The notes beneath the pieces were generated by a model. It saw nothing but the letters and a program-made list of their open reading frames with translations. It ran no database searches and was not told the DNA's origin. Made by a program: the position numbers and the translations under genes. From NCBI GenBank assembly GCA_947481985.1, contig CANKIK010000001.1:53769-117768 (forward strand): DNA of 64,000 nt, given 5' to 3'. Source of the DNA: Planctomycetaceae bacterium. GTDB taxonomy: Bacteria > Planctomycetota > Planctomycetia > Pirellulales > UBA1268. Of the stretch, positions 39,561-48,682 are shown piece by piece (position 1 is the first letter of the stretch; each line of letters starts with the position of its first letter).

Positions 39561-40256
39561 ATGGGACAGAAAGTCAACCCCGTCGGCTTCCGGACCGGTA
39601 TTACCGAGCCGTGGAAGAGCCGCTGGTACGCCACGAAAAAGGAATTCCGCGATCTCCTCCTCGAGGATTTCAAGGTCCGCAAGTTCATTAAGGGAAAGTA
39701 TCGTGCGGCCGCAATCTCAAAGATCGAGATTGAAAGGACGCGCGACGAAGTGAAGGTAATACTCCATTCAGCACGCCCCGGCGTGTTGATCGGACGCAAG
39801 GGTCAGGACGTTGATCGTCTTCAGGACGAACTGCAGGGCCTGCTCGGGCGTCGTGTTAATCTTAAAGTTGAGGAATTAGCTCGCCCGGAAATCCAGGCGC
39901 AGTTGATTGCAGAAGATATCTCTGACCAACTCGTCAAGCGGGCAGCGTTTCGGCGGACTATGAAGCGGGCAATCGATACCACCATGGACGCAGGTGCCAA
40001 GGGTGTGAAGATTCAACTCGCGGGCCGTCTTGGCGGTGCAGAGATGTCGCGTTGCGAGAAGGGCATCGCCGGATCGATGCCACTTTCGACGTTGCGGGCA
40101 AAAATTGACTACGGTTTCTGCGAGGCTCCCACCGCGCAGGGTCATATTGGAATTCAGGTGTGGGTCAACCAAGGCATGTACGAGGAGACCGGCGATGGCG
40201 CTGATGCCCAAGAGGGTCAAGCACCGAAAAAGCCAAAGAGGTCGTATAAGAGGTGA
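39561..40256 (+). CDS. rpsC: 30S ribosomal protein S3
   Basis: 231 aa. MGQKVNPVGFRTGITEPWKSRWYA (KH domain start)...GRLGGAEMSRCE...AQGHIGIQVWV. Its acidic/basic C-terminal tail runs into rplP. Confidence 0.95.
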   Translation: MGQKVNPVGFRTGITEPWKSRWYATKKEFRDLLLEDFKVRKFIKGKYRAAAISKIEIERTRDEVKVILHSARPGVLIGRKGQDVDRLQDELQGLLGRRVNLKVEELARPEIQAQLIAEDISDQLVKRAAFRRTMKRAIDTTMDAGAKGVKIQLAGRLGGAEMSRCEKGIAGSMPLSTLRAKIDYGFCEAPTAQGHIGIQVWVNQGMYEETGDGADAQEGQAPKKPKRSYKR

Positions 40257-40611
40257 TGCCTCTCGCGGCAATCGGGTAGTGTTCGGCGACTTCGGCCTTC
40301 AGGCTGAGCAACCGGGCTGGCTGGCTGCGGCGACGATCGAAGCGGGACGCATAGCGGCCCAGCAGTACCTCCGCAGCGAGGGACGGCTGTTCGTGCGCGT
40401 TTTTCCGCACAAATCCGTGACATCTATTCCCCTCGAAACCCGTATGGGTAAGGGGAAGGGTGAGCCGGAGTTTTGGGCAGCGGTGGTGAAGCCAGGGACA
40501 ATTCTGTACGAAATCGGCGGCGTGTCAGAGGAAGCAGCGCGGGTGTGCTTGTCGCGACTCGCGCACAAGATGCCGTTGCGGGTGCGGTTCGTAAAGCGTC
40601 GGGCGATGTAA
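40195..40611 (+). CDS. rplP: 50S ribosomal protein L16
   Basis: ATG 40195 within track ORF 40030..40611 gives MALMPKRVKHRKSQRGRIRG... The conserved L16 N-terminus (M-L-x-P-K/R-R) forces a start at 40195 or 40204. Either way rplP overlaps rpsC by 53-62 nt in another frame. Confidence 0.9.
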   Translation: MALMPKRVKHRKSQRGRIRGDASRGNRVVFGDFGLQAEQPGWLAAATIEAGRIAAQQYLRSEGRLFVRVFPHKSVTSIPLETRMGKGKGEPEFWAAVVKPGTILYEIGGVSEEAARVCLSRLAHKMPLRVRFVKRRAM

Positions 40612-40713
40612 GCCGGTCGTGATCCGGCATCTTCGGCATTCGCCGAAGGCAAATGAGAATGTCTTTTGGTTGATCCAGGTACGATTGAGCACACGTGGTC
40701 CGTAGGTTCAGAC

Positions 40714-41085
40714 ATGAACAAAGTACGCGAAATTCGCGAGATGAGCGACGAGCAGATCCGCTTGGTCTGGAAGGACTGCGCTGAAAAACTTTTTAAGCTC
40801 CGGATTCAGTCCCAGACAGAGAAACTGCCTGATCCGACGGGAGCACGTAAAATCCGTCGCACGATCGCGAGGTGTCAGACGATCCTCGCGCAGCGTGGAA
40901 GTTTAGTGGTGCCCACAACTGTTTCTGACGGGGCACCAGCAGATCAGGCTGTGCACGACGCTACGCAGCATGAAAAGCATGCACAGGGCAAGCATCTCAC
41001 TGGGCGTGCGAAAGTACATGTCGGTCCGAAGGGCGCGGTCAGGACTCGGCGAAAATTCCAGAAGCGAACGCAGAGCGGAAAATAA
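40714..41085 (+). CDS. rpmC: 50S ribosomal protein L29 with a ~55-aa C-terminal extension
   Basis: ATG 40714 within track ORF 40666..41085. MNKVREIREMSDEQIRLVWKDCAEKLFKLRIQSQTEKLPDPTGARKIRRTIARCQTILAQR is the L29 core. It is followed by a His/Lys/Arg-rich tail, giving 123 aa in total. Confidence 0.85.
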   Translation: MNKVREIREMSDEQIRLVWKDCAEKLFKLRIQSQTEKLPDPTGARKIRRTIARCQTILAQRGSLVVPTTVSDGAPADQAVHDATQHEKHAQGKHLTGRAKVHVGPKGAVRTRRKFQKRTQSGK

Positions 41086-41210
41086 CAGCAAGTACGATGA
41101 GCATTGGCCCGCCAGACAGCCACAGGCCACGATAAGGCTGGAGCTAGGGCATTCACATTAGAACTCTGGACGGACAAGCAACGAGCGAGCGAGACAGACA
41201 GGAAGAAGTC

Positions 41211-41570
41211 ATGCCAAGGCGAGTGGAAATAGGAACAGTGACCAGCGCAGCGTCAAAAAAGACGCGGCGGGTCGAGATTCCCAGGGTCGTGCGACACCCT
41301 AAATATGGCCGCATACTCCATCGGCGCACCATCTGCCACGTTCATGACGAGGCGGAAGAGTCGCGCCCGGGCGATACGGTTGAGATCGTGGAGTGCCGGC
41401 CGCGAAGTCGTTTAAAGCGCTGGGAATTGGTAAAAATTGTCACCAAAAGTACCGCTGTGGACCTAGCAAGTCTCCGCAGTGGTGCGCGGGCCACGCAAAT
41501 GCGTGAGACTGCAGCCAAGGCAGAGGCCGCCTCTGCCACTGGCAAGTCGACGGAAGGAACTTCCACATGA
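41211..41570 (+). CDS. rpsQ: 30S ribosomal protein S17 with C-terminal extension
   Basis: 119 aa. [67 protein letters not shown] is the S17 core, followed by an Ala/Thr/Ser-rich ~40-aa tail. Confidence 0.9.
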   Translation: MPRRVEIGTVTSAASKKTRRVEIPRVVRHPKYGRILHRRTICHVHDEAEESRPGDTVEIVECRPRSRLKRWELVKIVTKSTAVDLASLRSGARATQMRETAAKAEAASATGKSTEGTST

Positions 41571-41935
41571 TCCAGATGCAAACCAGGCTCGTGGTCGCGG
41601 ACAACACCGGCGCCAAAGAGGTGATGTGTTTTAAGGTCCTCGGTGGCAGCAAGAAGCGCACCGCCGGCATTGGCGACATCATTGTCTGTAGCGTGAAGAC
41701 CGTGATCCCAGGCAGCGACGTCAAGAAAAAAGCTGTTGTCAAGGCGGTAATCGTTCGCTGCAAGCAGCCGACAAGGAGGAGCGACGGTAGTTATGTTCGC
41801 TTCGACACCAACGCTTGCGTGATCATCGACAACGATAACAATCCGAAGGGCACCCGTATCTTCGGTGCAGTGGCCCGTGAACTGCGAGACTGCAATTTCA
41901 TGAAAATCGTCAGTTTGGCGAGCGAGGTGGTTTGA
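41567..41935 (+). CDS. rplN: 50S ribosomal protein L14
   Basis: The ATG overlaps the rpsQ stop (ATGA). [31 protein letters not shown]...[13 protein letters not shown]...[12 protein letters not shown]. Confidence 0.95.
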   Translation: MIQMQTRLVVADNTGAKEVMCFKVLGGSKKRTAGIGDIIVCSVKTVIPGSDVKKKAVVKAVIVRCKQPTRRSDGSYVRFDTNACVIIDNDNNPKGTRIFGAVARELRDCNFMKIVSLASEVV

Positions 41936-42267
41936 TGCTGATCCGTTCAGGCGACATGGTTGAAGTTAAAACAGGCAATGCCCGAGGCACACGAGCAAAA
42001 GTGCTTTCGGTGCGGCGTATCGACGGAAAGATTGTGGTTGAAGGTGTCAACCGCGTGTATCGCCACATGCGCCGTAGCCAAAAGAACCCCCAGGGGGGGA
42101 GGCTCAGCAAGGAAATGCCGATCGATGCATCGAATGTCTTGGTCGTTTGCGGCGGGTGCGACAAGCCGTCCCGGATGGGCGTGAAGTTGCTTGCCGACGG
42201 CGCCAAGATTCGTGTTTGTAAAAAGTGTGGGGCAGATTTGGGATCCCTGCGAACTGCGAAGAAATAG
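41935..42267 (+). CDS. rplX: 50S ribosomal protein L24 (Cys4-containing form)
   Basis: The ATG at 41935 overlaps the rplN TGA; the track uses TTG 41932. KOW motif GDMVEVKTGNARGTRAKV, then QKNPQGGRLSKEMPIDASNV, then CGGC...CKKC near the C-terminus. Confidence 0.9.
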   Translation: MLIRSGDMVEVKTGNARGTRAKVLSVRRIDGKIVVEGVNRVYRHMRRSQKNPQGGRLSKEMPIDASNVLVVCGGCDKPSRMGVKLLADGAKIRVCKKCGADLGSLRTAKK

Positions 42268-42365
42268 CAAGAGAACGGCGAGCAAGGGCGTCGCTCAGGT
42301 CGTGTCCCAATGTCGGGTCACAGGTGAAGAGGGTCGGAACGGTTCAACGCTGAAGGACGGATGCG

Positions 42366-43007
42366 ATGGCAAAGAAGACAAAAGCAACCCAGACGCAGGT
42401 GGCGGCGACAGGCCCAGCGACTGCAGGTCCGGCGGGGACCCCGCGGATGCTTGAGCACTACAAGAACACTGTTCGACCTGCACTCAGCCTGGCGCTCGCG
42501 CGGACGAACCCGCACTCGCTCCCAAAGCTTGAGAAGATTGTGGTCAACATGGGAGTGGGGGTGGCCGTCACGGAGAAGAAGTATCTCGAAGAGGCGATTG
42601 GCGCGATGGCGCAAGTCACGGGACAGAAGCCCATCGCCACGCTCTCCAAGGTCGCCGTGTCGGGGTTTAAGCTCCGTGAGAATCTTCCTATCGGATGCAA
42701 AGTCACGCTCCGTGGGCGGCGGATGTATGAGTTTCTCGACCGACTCGTGTCGCTCGCGTTGCCCCGTGTACGCGATTTTCGAGGGCTCTCGAGTACCGCT
42801 TTCGACGGTCATGGAAATTACAGTCTTGGCCTTTCTGAGCAGATGGTGTTTCCGGAAATCAATCCGGATAAATACACCCGAGCCCAAGGTATGAACATTA
42901 CCTTGGTCACTTCTGCTCGGAATGATGACGAGGCCAGGCAATTTCTTCGCGCGATGGGTGTGCCGCTGAAGAAGGACAAGGATGAGGATGATGGTGCCGC
43001 AGCGTAG
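42366..43007 (+). CDS. rplE: 50S ribosomal protein L5
   Basis: 213 aa. LEHYKNTVRPALS...LPKLEKIVVNMGVGVA...GFKLRENLPIGCKVTLRGRRMYEFLDRL...FDGHGNYSLGLSEQMVFPEI. The ATG 42366 start gives a 27-aa N-terminal extension. An alternative start is the Met at 42447. Confidence 0.9.
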   Translation: MAKKTKATQTQVAATGPATAGPAGTPRMLEHYKNTVRPALSLALARTNPHSLPKLEKIVVNMGVGVAVTEKKYLEEAIGAMAQVTGQKPIATLSKVAVSGFKLRENLPIGCKVTLRGRRMYEFLDRLVSLALPRVRDFRGLSSTAFDGHGNYSLGLSEQMVFPEINPDKYTRAQGMNITLVTSARNDDEARQFLRAMGVPLKKDKDEDDGAAA

Positions 43008-43096
43008 CGGCACGACGAAGACGCAGGCGGATCTTCCGGGTGGAAGACCGCTGTTTTTAGGGTGCGGCCGTAAAGCCCGCCGACGTTGGAATCACT

Positions 43097-43282
43097 ATGG
43101 CAAGCAAGTCCAAGATCGCGATGGCCAAACGGCCGCCGAAGTTCTCAACCCGGCAGGTTCAGCGCTGCATGTTGTGTGGGCGCCCACGGGCTGTGTATCG
43201 CAAATTCGGGCTCTGCCGAATTTGCTTTCGGAAGTTAGCCGATCAGGGTTTCATTCCGGGAGTCAGGAAGGCGAGTTGGTGA
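43097..43282 (+). CDS. rpsZ: 30S ribosomal protein S14 type Z (zinc-binding)
   Basis: 61 aa. [61 protein letters not shown], with the CxxC...CxxC motif. Confidence 0.95.
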   Translation: MASKSKIAMAKRPPKFSTRQVQRCMLCGRPRAVYRKFGLCRICFRKLADQGFIPGVRKASW

Positions 43283-43473
43283 TAGAAAAGACTTGATCTC
43301 AGGGCAATCGTACCCATGCTTTGGAACTCCACGAAAGTGGCTCCTGGGATTGGGATACGGCGACTGAAGACGGTCTTCGCTGAAGTTCCGATCGACAATA
43401 CGACGTTGATCGGGGCCTTGGGCTGTGGGTGGTTGGCAGGGTTTACTGAATCTCATTCAAGGGCGTTTCCGAC

Positions 43474-43869
43474 ATGATGACCGATCCCATCGCCGACATG
43501 CTCACTCGCATCCGCAACGCGGTGCGCGTAGAACGCGCCATCGTGGAGATCCCAAGTTCTAAGGTGAAGCGTGGTGTAGCGGACGTGCTGAAGCGCGAGG
43601 GCTACATCTGGGACTGGAAGGAAGTCGAGTCGGAACCGGCAGCAAAACTGCAGTTGGAACTCAAGTATGGTCCTAACGGCGAGCGACTCATTCGGCATAT
43701 CCGCCGCGTCAGTTCACCGGGACGGCGTGTCTATAGTCGATCCGTGCTCTTGCGTCCCGTTCTCGGCGGGCTTGGGATCTCGATACTTTCGACGAGCAGC
43801 GGTGTTGTAAGCGATCGTGAAGCCAGGCAGCGGAAGTTGGGCGGCGAGGTTCTCTGCGAGCTGTGGTGA
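43474..43869 (+). CDS. rpsH: 30S ribosomal protein S8
   Basis: 131 aa. MMTDPIADMLTRIRNAVRVE...GISILSTSSGVVSDREARQRKLGGEVLCELW. Confidence 0.95.
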   Translation: MMTDPIADMLTRIRNAVRVERAIVEIPSSKVKRGVADVLKREGYIWDWKEVESEPAAKLQLELKYGPNGERLIRHIRRVSSPGRRVYSRSVLLRPVLGGLGISILSTSSGVVSDREARQRKLGGEVLCELW

Positions 43870-44004
43870 GCGTTTCGATAAGCGGGTGGTTGCGAAGCTT
43901 TGTACTAGCAGGTGTTGGTACTTCAACGGCATCGTAGTATTGATTTACGGAACGAATGATGGGTGGCTCTAGCCTGCCCTGCAGCTGACAGAAAGGTTCA
44001 TCGC

Positions 44005-44550
44005 ATGTCGCGGATCGGGAAGGCACCAGTGCAGATCCCCAAGGGGGTGAAGATCGCTGTTGAGGGCGCTACGCTACGGGTCGAGGGTCCCCTCGGTAAA
44101 CTCGCTCACCAAGTTCACCCTGCAGTCGCGGTCCATGTAGATCCCGCGGACGGGCAGTTAAAGGTCACTCGCAGTGGGGATGATCGGATATCACGGAGTA
44201 TTCACGGCCTGACCCGCGCACTCGCTGCAAATATGGTTGAGGGAGTCTCGAAGGGCTACGAAAAGAAACTGGAGATCGTGGGGGTCGGCTATATCGCCGC
44301 TATTCAGAAGAACACTCTCCAGTTACGCGTCGGATTTGCAAACGAATTGCAACTCCCTATTCCGGTTGGGCTCACCGTTACGTGCCCAGATCAGACGCAC
44401 ATTGTCGTAAAAGGCATCGACAAGCATCTTGTCGGGCAGTTCGCTGCTGAAGTTCGCGCCAAGCGAAAACCTGAGCCATACAAGGGCAAGGGAATTCGTT
44501 ATGAGGGTGAGCAAGTCCGTCGCAAGGCAGGCAAGGCAGTTACGAAGTAA
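44005..44550 (+). CDS. rplF: 50S ribosomal protein L6
   Basis: ATG 44005 within track ORF 43963..44550. MSRIGKAPVQIPKGVKIAVEG...LEIVGVGYIAA...PEPYKGKGIRYEGEQVRRKAGK. Confidence 0.95.
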   Translation: MSRIGKAPVQIPKGVKIAVEGATLRVEGPLGKLAHQVHPAVAVHVDPADGQLKVTRSGDDRISRSIHGLTRALAANMVEGVSKGYEKKLEIVGVGYIAAIQKNTLQLRVGFANELQLPIPVGLTVTCPDQTHIVVKGIDKHLVGQFAAEVRAKRKPEPYKGKGIRYEGEQVRRKAGKAVTK

Positions 44551-44679
44551 AGTTTTTACCATCGTTCAGGATCGCTTCTTGCTCCTCATCGGATCGAGAC
44601 GCTACTGGACGGGGTTTGAGTCTAGGGCCGTCCCGGTATCCTTTTAGCAACCTCTACTCCTACACGCAGTCACGTTCCA

Positions 44680-45048
44680 ATGGACCACGCCCGCACGATT
44701 CTCAGGCAGCGGATTCGCCGACGCCACCGTGTCCGACGCCACATCCGCGGTACTGCAGAGCGCCCGCGCCTGGCTGTGTTTCGTACACACAAGCATATTT
44801 ACGCCCAGATCATTGACGACGCAGCCGGACGAACGCTTGTTTCAGCGAGTTCGGTCGACAAGCAGATCCGTGATGGAGTTGGGTTTGGTGGTAACAAAGA
44901 CGCTGCCGCAGCCATCGGCCGGGCTGTTGCGGAGCGCGCCCAGGCGGCTGGGTTAAAGAAGGTCTGCTTCGATCGAGGAGAGTTTCGCTACCATGGGCGG
45001 GTCGCTGCCCTTGCTGACGCAGCACGAGCGGCAGGCCTTGAGTTTTAA
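44680..45048 (+). CDS. rplR: 50S ribosomal protein L18
   Basis: 122 aa. [34 protein letters not shown]...[28 protein letters not shown]. Confidence 0.95.
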   Translation: MDHARTILRQRIRRRHRVRRHIRGTAERPRLAVFRTHKHIYAQIIDDAAGRTLVSASSVDKQIRDGVGFGGNKDAAAAIGRAVAERAQAAGLKKVCFDRGEFRYHGRVAALADAARAAGLEF

Positions 45049-45128
45049 CATTCGGGAACTGTTGTGGTGGGCATCAGCCTCACGACAAGCAATTCTGCAT
45101 AGTCCATTCCACTGGAGCTTCGAAGACC

Positions 45129-45659
45129 GTGTCGACCAGCAGCAGCCATGGCCGGGATCGTGATTCACGCGACAATCGTGGTGGCGAACGGAGCGGTGAG
45201 TTTGCCGAGAAGGTAGTCAAGGTTCGGCGCTGTGCCACGGTCGTCAAGGGCGGGCGGCGGTTCAGTTTTGCAGGACTTGTCGTGGTCGGAAACGGCCGTG
45301 GCAAGGTCGGGTGTGGCTACGCGAAAGCTAACGAAGTACCACCCGCTGTGGAAAAAGCCATCAAAGATGGCATGAAAAATCTCATTGAGGTCCCTGTTTC
45401 GACCGGGTCTATTCCTCACCGTGTCGAGGGGAGAAGCGGTACCGCGAAGGTCATACTTCTCCCCGCCAGCCCTGGGACTGGGATCATTGCCGGCGCAGCA
45501 GTGCGGGCGGTGTGTGAGTCGGCTGGGATCCGCGATGTGCTGACCAAGGCTCATGGTTCGACGAATCCGGTGAACCTTGTCAAGGCAGCCTTGGATGGGC
45601 TCAAGCAATTAAGAACAAAAAGCGAAGTTGAGCGGCTGCGGGGTGTTACGCTGTCCTGA
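45129..45659 (+). CDS. rpsE: 30S ribosomal protein S5
   Basis: GTG start. [49 protein letters not shown]...[25 protein letters not shown]. Confidence 0.95.
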   Translation: MSTSSSHGRDRDSRDNRGGERSGEFAEKVVKVRRCATVVKGGRRFSFAGLVVVGNGRGKVGCGYAKANEVPPAVEKAIKDGMKNLIEVPVSTGSIPHRVEGRSGTAKVILLPASPGTGIIAGAAVRAVCESAGIRDVLTKAHGSTNPVNLVKAALDGLKQLRTKSEVERLRGVTLS

Positions 45660-45861
45660 GGCGTGGCCGATCGATGCGGGGTATTACGGCACGCGGAATT
45701 ACGGTCGCCGAGTTGAATCTGGGTTGACGGGGAGACGAGTCCGCGAAGTCTTGGCGAAGACTCGAGGAATGTTGAGGGTTGGTTTGTTGGGACAGTGATT
45801 GGTGGTCATACAAGCAGGCCGGTGAACATCGCCGGCACCGTACGCGTGAGGGGATTTTTCG

Positions 45862-46368
45862 ATGAAGATTAACGACGTCCATCAGGGGATCCACAAGAAC
45901 CGGAAGCGACTCCGGATCGGGCGCGGTCCTGGTTCCGGACGAGGAAAGACCTCCGGGCGCGGACATAAGGGCCAGGGTCAGTTGGCTGGCTGGAGCGCGC
46001 CAGGGCTCTTCGAAGGCGCGCGAATGCCGCTCATTCGGCAGATTCCGAAGCGTGGCTTTCACAATCAACACGGGCGGATTGTGACGTGTATCAATGTCGA
46101 TGATCTCGAGGCTCGTTTTCCTGCTGGTTCAGACGTCAATCCAGAGACACTGCGGACGATTGGTTTGGCCAAGGGGATATGGGATTCTGTCAAAATTCTT
46201 GGCGAAGGATCGATCACAAAGCCACTGAAGGTGTCTGCCCACCATTTCAGTGCTCAGGCTCGGGAGAAGATTCTGGCTGCCGGTGGAACAGTGACGGACA
46301 TTGCTGGTCCGGCTCCTGTTGTCAAACGGCAGAAAAAGGTGTCACGGAAGAAGCCCGCCGCGCAGTAG
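45862..46368 (+). CDS. rplO: 50S ribosomal protein L15
   Basis: 168 aa. RKRLRIGRGPGSGRGKTSGRGHKGQGQ...FEGARMPLIRQIPKRGF. Confidence 0.95.
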   Translation: MKINDVHQGIHKNRKRLRIGRGPGSGRGKTSGRGHKGQGQLAGWSAPGLFEGARMPLIRQIPKRGFHNQHGRIVTCINVDDLEARFPAGSDVNPETLRTIGLAKGIWDSVKILGEGSITKPLKVSAHHFSAQAREKILAAGGTVTDIAGPAPVVKRQKKVSRKKPAAQ

Positions 46369-46410
46369 CGTGAACGCTCCGGGCGTGATGGGAGCAAAGG
46401 AGTCGTTCTC

Positions 46411-47772
46411 GTGCTGGAAAAACTTCGCATCATCTTTACGATCCCCGAGTTGCGGCAGAAGATTCTGTTGACGCTCGGCCTGTTGGCCATTTATCGGGTC
46501 GGCTGGCAGGTGCCGTTACCGATCGTTGACGCCAAGGCGATGACTGCTTTCGCGCAGGAGAGCGGTGGGATCGCCGATCTACTCAAAACGGTCGCGGTGT
46601 TCTCGGCGAGCCAGTTATCGCAGGCGACGATTTTTGGCTTGGGGATCATGCCGTATATTTCGGCCTCGATCATTTTTCAGTTGCTCGGCACGGTCTGGCC
46701 GCCGCTTGAGCGACTGACCAAAGAGGGTGAAGCCGGCCGCAAGAAGATCAACGAGTACACTCGCTATGCGACTGTCGTTATCTGTCTTTTGCAGAGTTGG
46801 GCATATGTGGCTTTTCTCTCCAATGCCCGGATCGGCGAGACATCACTTATACAGCCGGCATTTCTGGTGGACGGAAGATTGCCGTTGGTGTGGCAGTTCG
46901 TCGCGGTAATGACCATGACGGCGGGCACTATCTTTTTGATGTGGCTCGGTGAGCAGATCGATGAATTCGGCATTGGTAACGGGATCAGTCTCTTGATCAT
47001 GGCTGGAATTCTTGCCGCTATGCCGAGTGCATTGCTGGAGTTGGCTGGTGACACCACGTGGGAACTCGGTGGTGGAGGTGGCAAGATGGGGATCGAGACT
47101 ATTCTTGTGCTCGCGGCACTGTTCGTTGGGGTCGTGGCGGGGGTGGTGTTTATGACGCAGGGGCAGCGTCGGATTCCGACGCAGAGCGCGAAGCATGTCC
47201 GTGGCCGACGGGTGTATGGTGGAACCCGTCAGTACTTGCCACTGCGGGTCAATCAGGCCGGCGTGATGCCGATCATTTTTGCGAGTTCGCTGTTGCTCTT
47301 TCCGCAGATGCTCTTTCAGTATCTGTCGAGTGCATATCCGGGGAATGCGTTTCTGGGGTCGCTTCACGACTCCTTTACGCGGGGGCAGTCGTTTCTCTAC
47401 ACGATTCTCTATATCGCGCTGATCTACTTTTTCTGCTACTTCTGGACGGCGATTACATTCAATCCGAAGGAGATGGCTGACAATCTCAAGAACTTCGGGG
47501 CGTTTATTCCTGGCTATCGCCCCGGTAAACGAACTGCCGATTATTTAGAGCGGGTGATGGAGCGGATCACGTATGTGGGGGCTGGATTTCTGGCCTTGGT
47601 TGCGATCATTCCAACTATTGTCGGTGGTGCGTTGGGCATACCATCGCAGATCGCCAGTTTCTACGGTGGTACCGGCTTGCTGATTGCGGTGAGCGTCGCC
47701 TTTGATTTGGTGCAAAAGATCGATAGCCACTTGGTGATGCGGAACTACACGGGGTTACTGGAGAAGTCTTGA
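46411..47772 (+). CDS. secY: Preprotein translocase subunit SecY
   Basis: GTG start after aaggag. 453 aa, ~10 TM. ELRQKILLTLGLLAIYRVG..., FGLGIMPYISASIIFQLL, GEAGRKKINEYTRY, GNGISLLIMAGI. Confidence 0.95.
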   Translation: MLEKLRIIFTIPELRQKILLTLGLLAIYRVGWQVPLPIVDAKAMTAFAQESGGIADLLKTVAVFSASQLSQATIFGLGIMPYISASIIFQLLGTVWPPLERLTKEGEAGRKKINEYTRYATVVICLLQSWAYVAFLSNARIGETSLIQPAFLVDGRLPLVWQFVAVMTMTAGTIFLMWLGEQIDEFGIGNGISLLIMAGILAAMPSALLELAGDTTWELGGGGGKMGIETILVLAALFVGVVAGVVFMTQGQRRIPTQSAKHVRGRRVYGGTRQYLPLRVNQAGVMPIIFASSLLLFPQMLFQYLSSAYPGNAFLGSLHDSFTRGQSFLYTILYIALIYFFCYFWTAITFNPKEMADNLKNFGAFIPGYRPGKRTADYLERVMERITYVGAGFLALVAIIPTIVGGALGIPSQIASFYGGTGLLIAVSVAFDLVQKIDSHLVMRNYTGLLEKS

Positions 47773-47942
47773 CCGAGTAGGGCGGGTTGTAGGGGTGCTG
47801 GTGGTTTTTTTTGTGGGTGCTGTTCCCTGCCCGGCACGTGACGGCTTTGGATCTAGGTCCCAGTCGGTTTTCCTGGTGTGTAGGACGTGATCGATCGTGT
47901 CGCAGTCTGCCTCGCCTCTCGGTAGTGTCGTACGGGCTAGTC

Positions 47943-48515
47943 ATGCGGATCATCCTCATCGGACCGCCCGGGGCTGGTAAGGGAACGCAGTGTCAGCGAC
48001 TGGTTGACTTGCTGCGGGTTCCTCACCTCTCGACCGGTGAAATGCTGCGAGCGGAGATCCGAGCTCGCAGCACCGAGGGTCTCCAGGCCAATCGCTTTAT
48101 GGAGCTGGGGCAACTCGTGCCCGACACGCTTGTCCTCGGTATGGTCACCAAGCGCTTGGAGTTGGCCGATTGTAGGGCCGGCTTTCTGCTGGATGGTTTT
48201 CCGCGGACACTCCCCCAGGCGGCCTCGCTCGATGACCTCCTCGAGCGGCGGGCGATGAATGTCGATGGTGTCTTGGAATTGTCCGTTCCCCGGGACGAGT
48301 TGGTGCGTCGGATGCTCGCGAGGAGGCGAGCCGACGACAATCCTGAGGTCTTTTCGAATCGGATTGCAATTTTCGAGGCGCAGACTGCGCCGCTTTTGGA
48401 GTACTACGCCCGGCAGGAAAAGCTCGCCACGATAGATGGTTTGGGCGATGCGGACGACATCTTCGGGCGAATCAAGATCGCCCTCGGGAAATTTGCTCGC
48501 GATGCTTCTCGGTAG
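47943..48515 (+). CDS. adk: Adenylate kinase (short-lid type)
   Basis: ATG 47943 within track ORF 47811..48515. MRIILIGPPGAGKGTQCQRL (P-loop), HLSTGEMLR, GFLLDGFPRTLPQA, RADDNPE. No Cys4 lid. Confidence 0.9.
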   Translation: MRIILIGPPGAGKGTQCQRLVDLLRVPHLSTGEMLRAEIRARSTEGLQANRFMELGQLVPDTLVLGMVTKRLELADCRAGFLLDGFPRTLPQAASLDDLLERRAMNVDGVLELSVPRDELVRRMLARRRADDNPEVFSNRIAIFEAQTAPLLEYYARQEKLATIDGLGDADDIFGRIKIALGKFARDASR

Positions 48516-48682
48516 CGGTAGGAGCTCTGGGGAATAGCGAGGTGCAATCGGCTCCTTTTGCAACTCGGTCTTCCTTGATGGAAGGCTCTACGCCCTGCGG
48601 TATACTCTGTGTTGAGGTTTGGCTACGGATGGAGGTCGGTTTTAGGGCGTCGTCCGGTGCCCCGCTCTCCTGACGATATTTA

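Noticed and set aside
42318-43013. Alternative-frame ORFs overlapping rplE: 42318..43013(-) of 231 aa and 42361..42894(+) of 177 aa.
   Set aside because: The frame starting at 42366 gives a full-length, colinear L5. The others are Arg/Trp/Ser-rich and have no homology features.
43315-43473. 52-codon ORF (MLWNSTKVAPGIGIRRLKTVFAEVPIDNTTLIGALGCGWLAGF...) in the rpsZ-rpsH spacer.
   Set aside because: No RBS, no recognisable family, and an unremarkable composition. Every spacer of this length is expected to contain some short ORF by chance. It is kept only as part of the general spacer finding.
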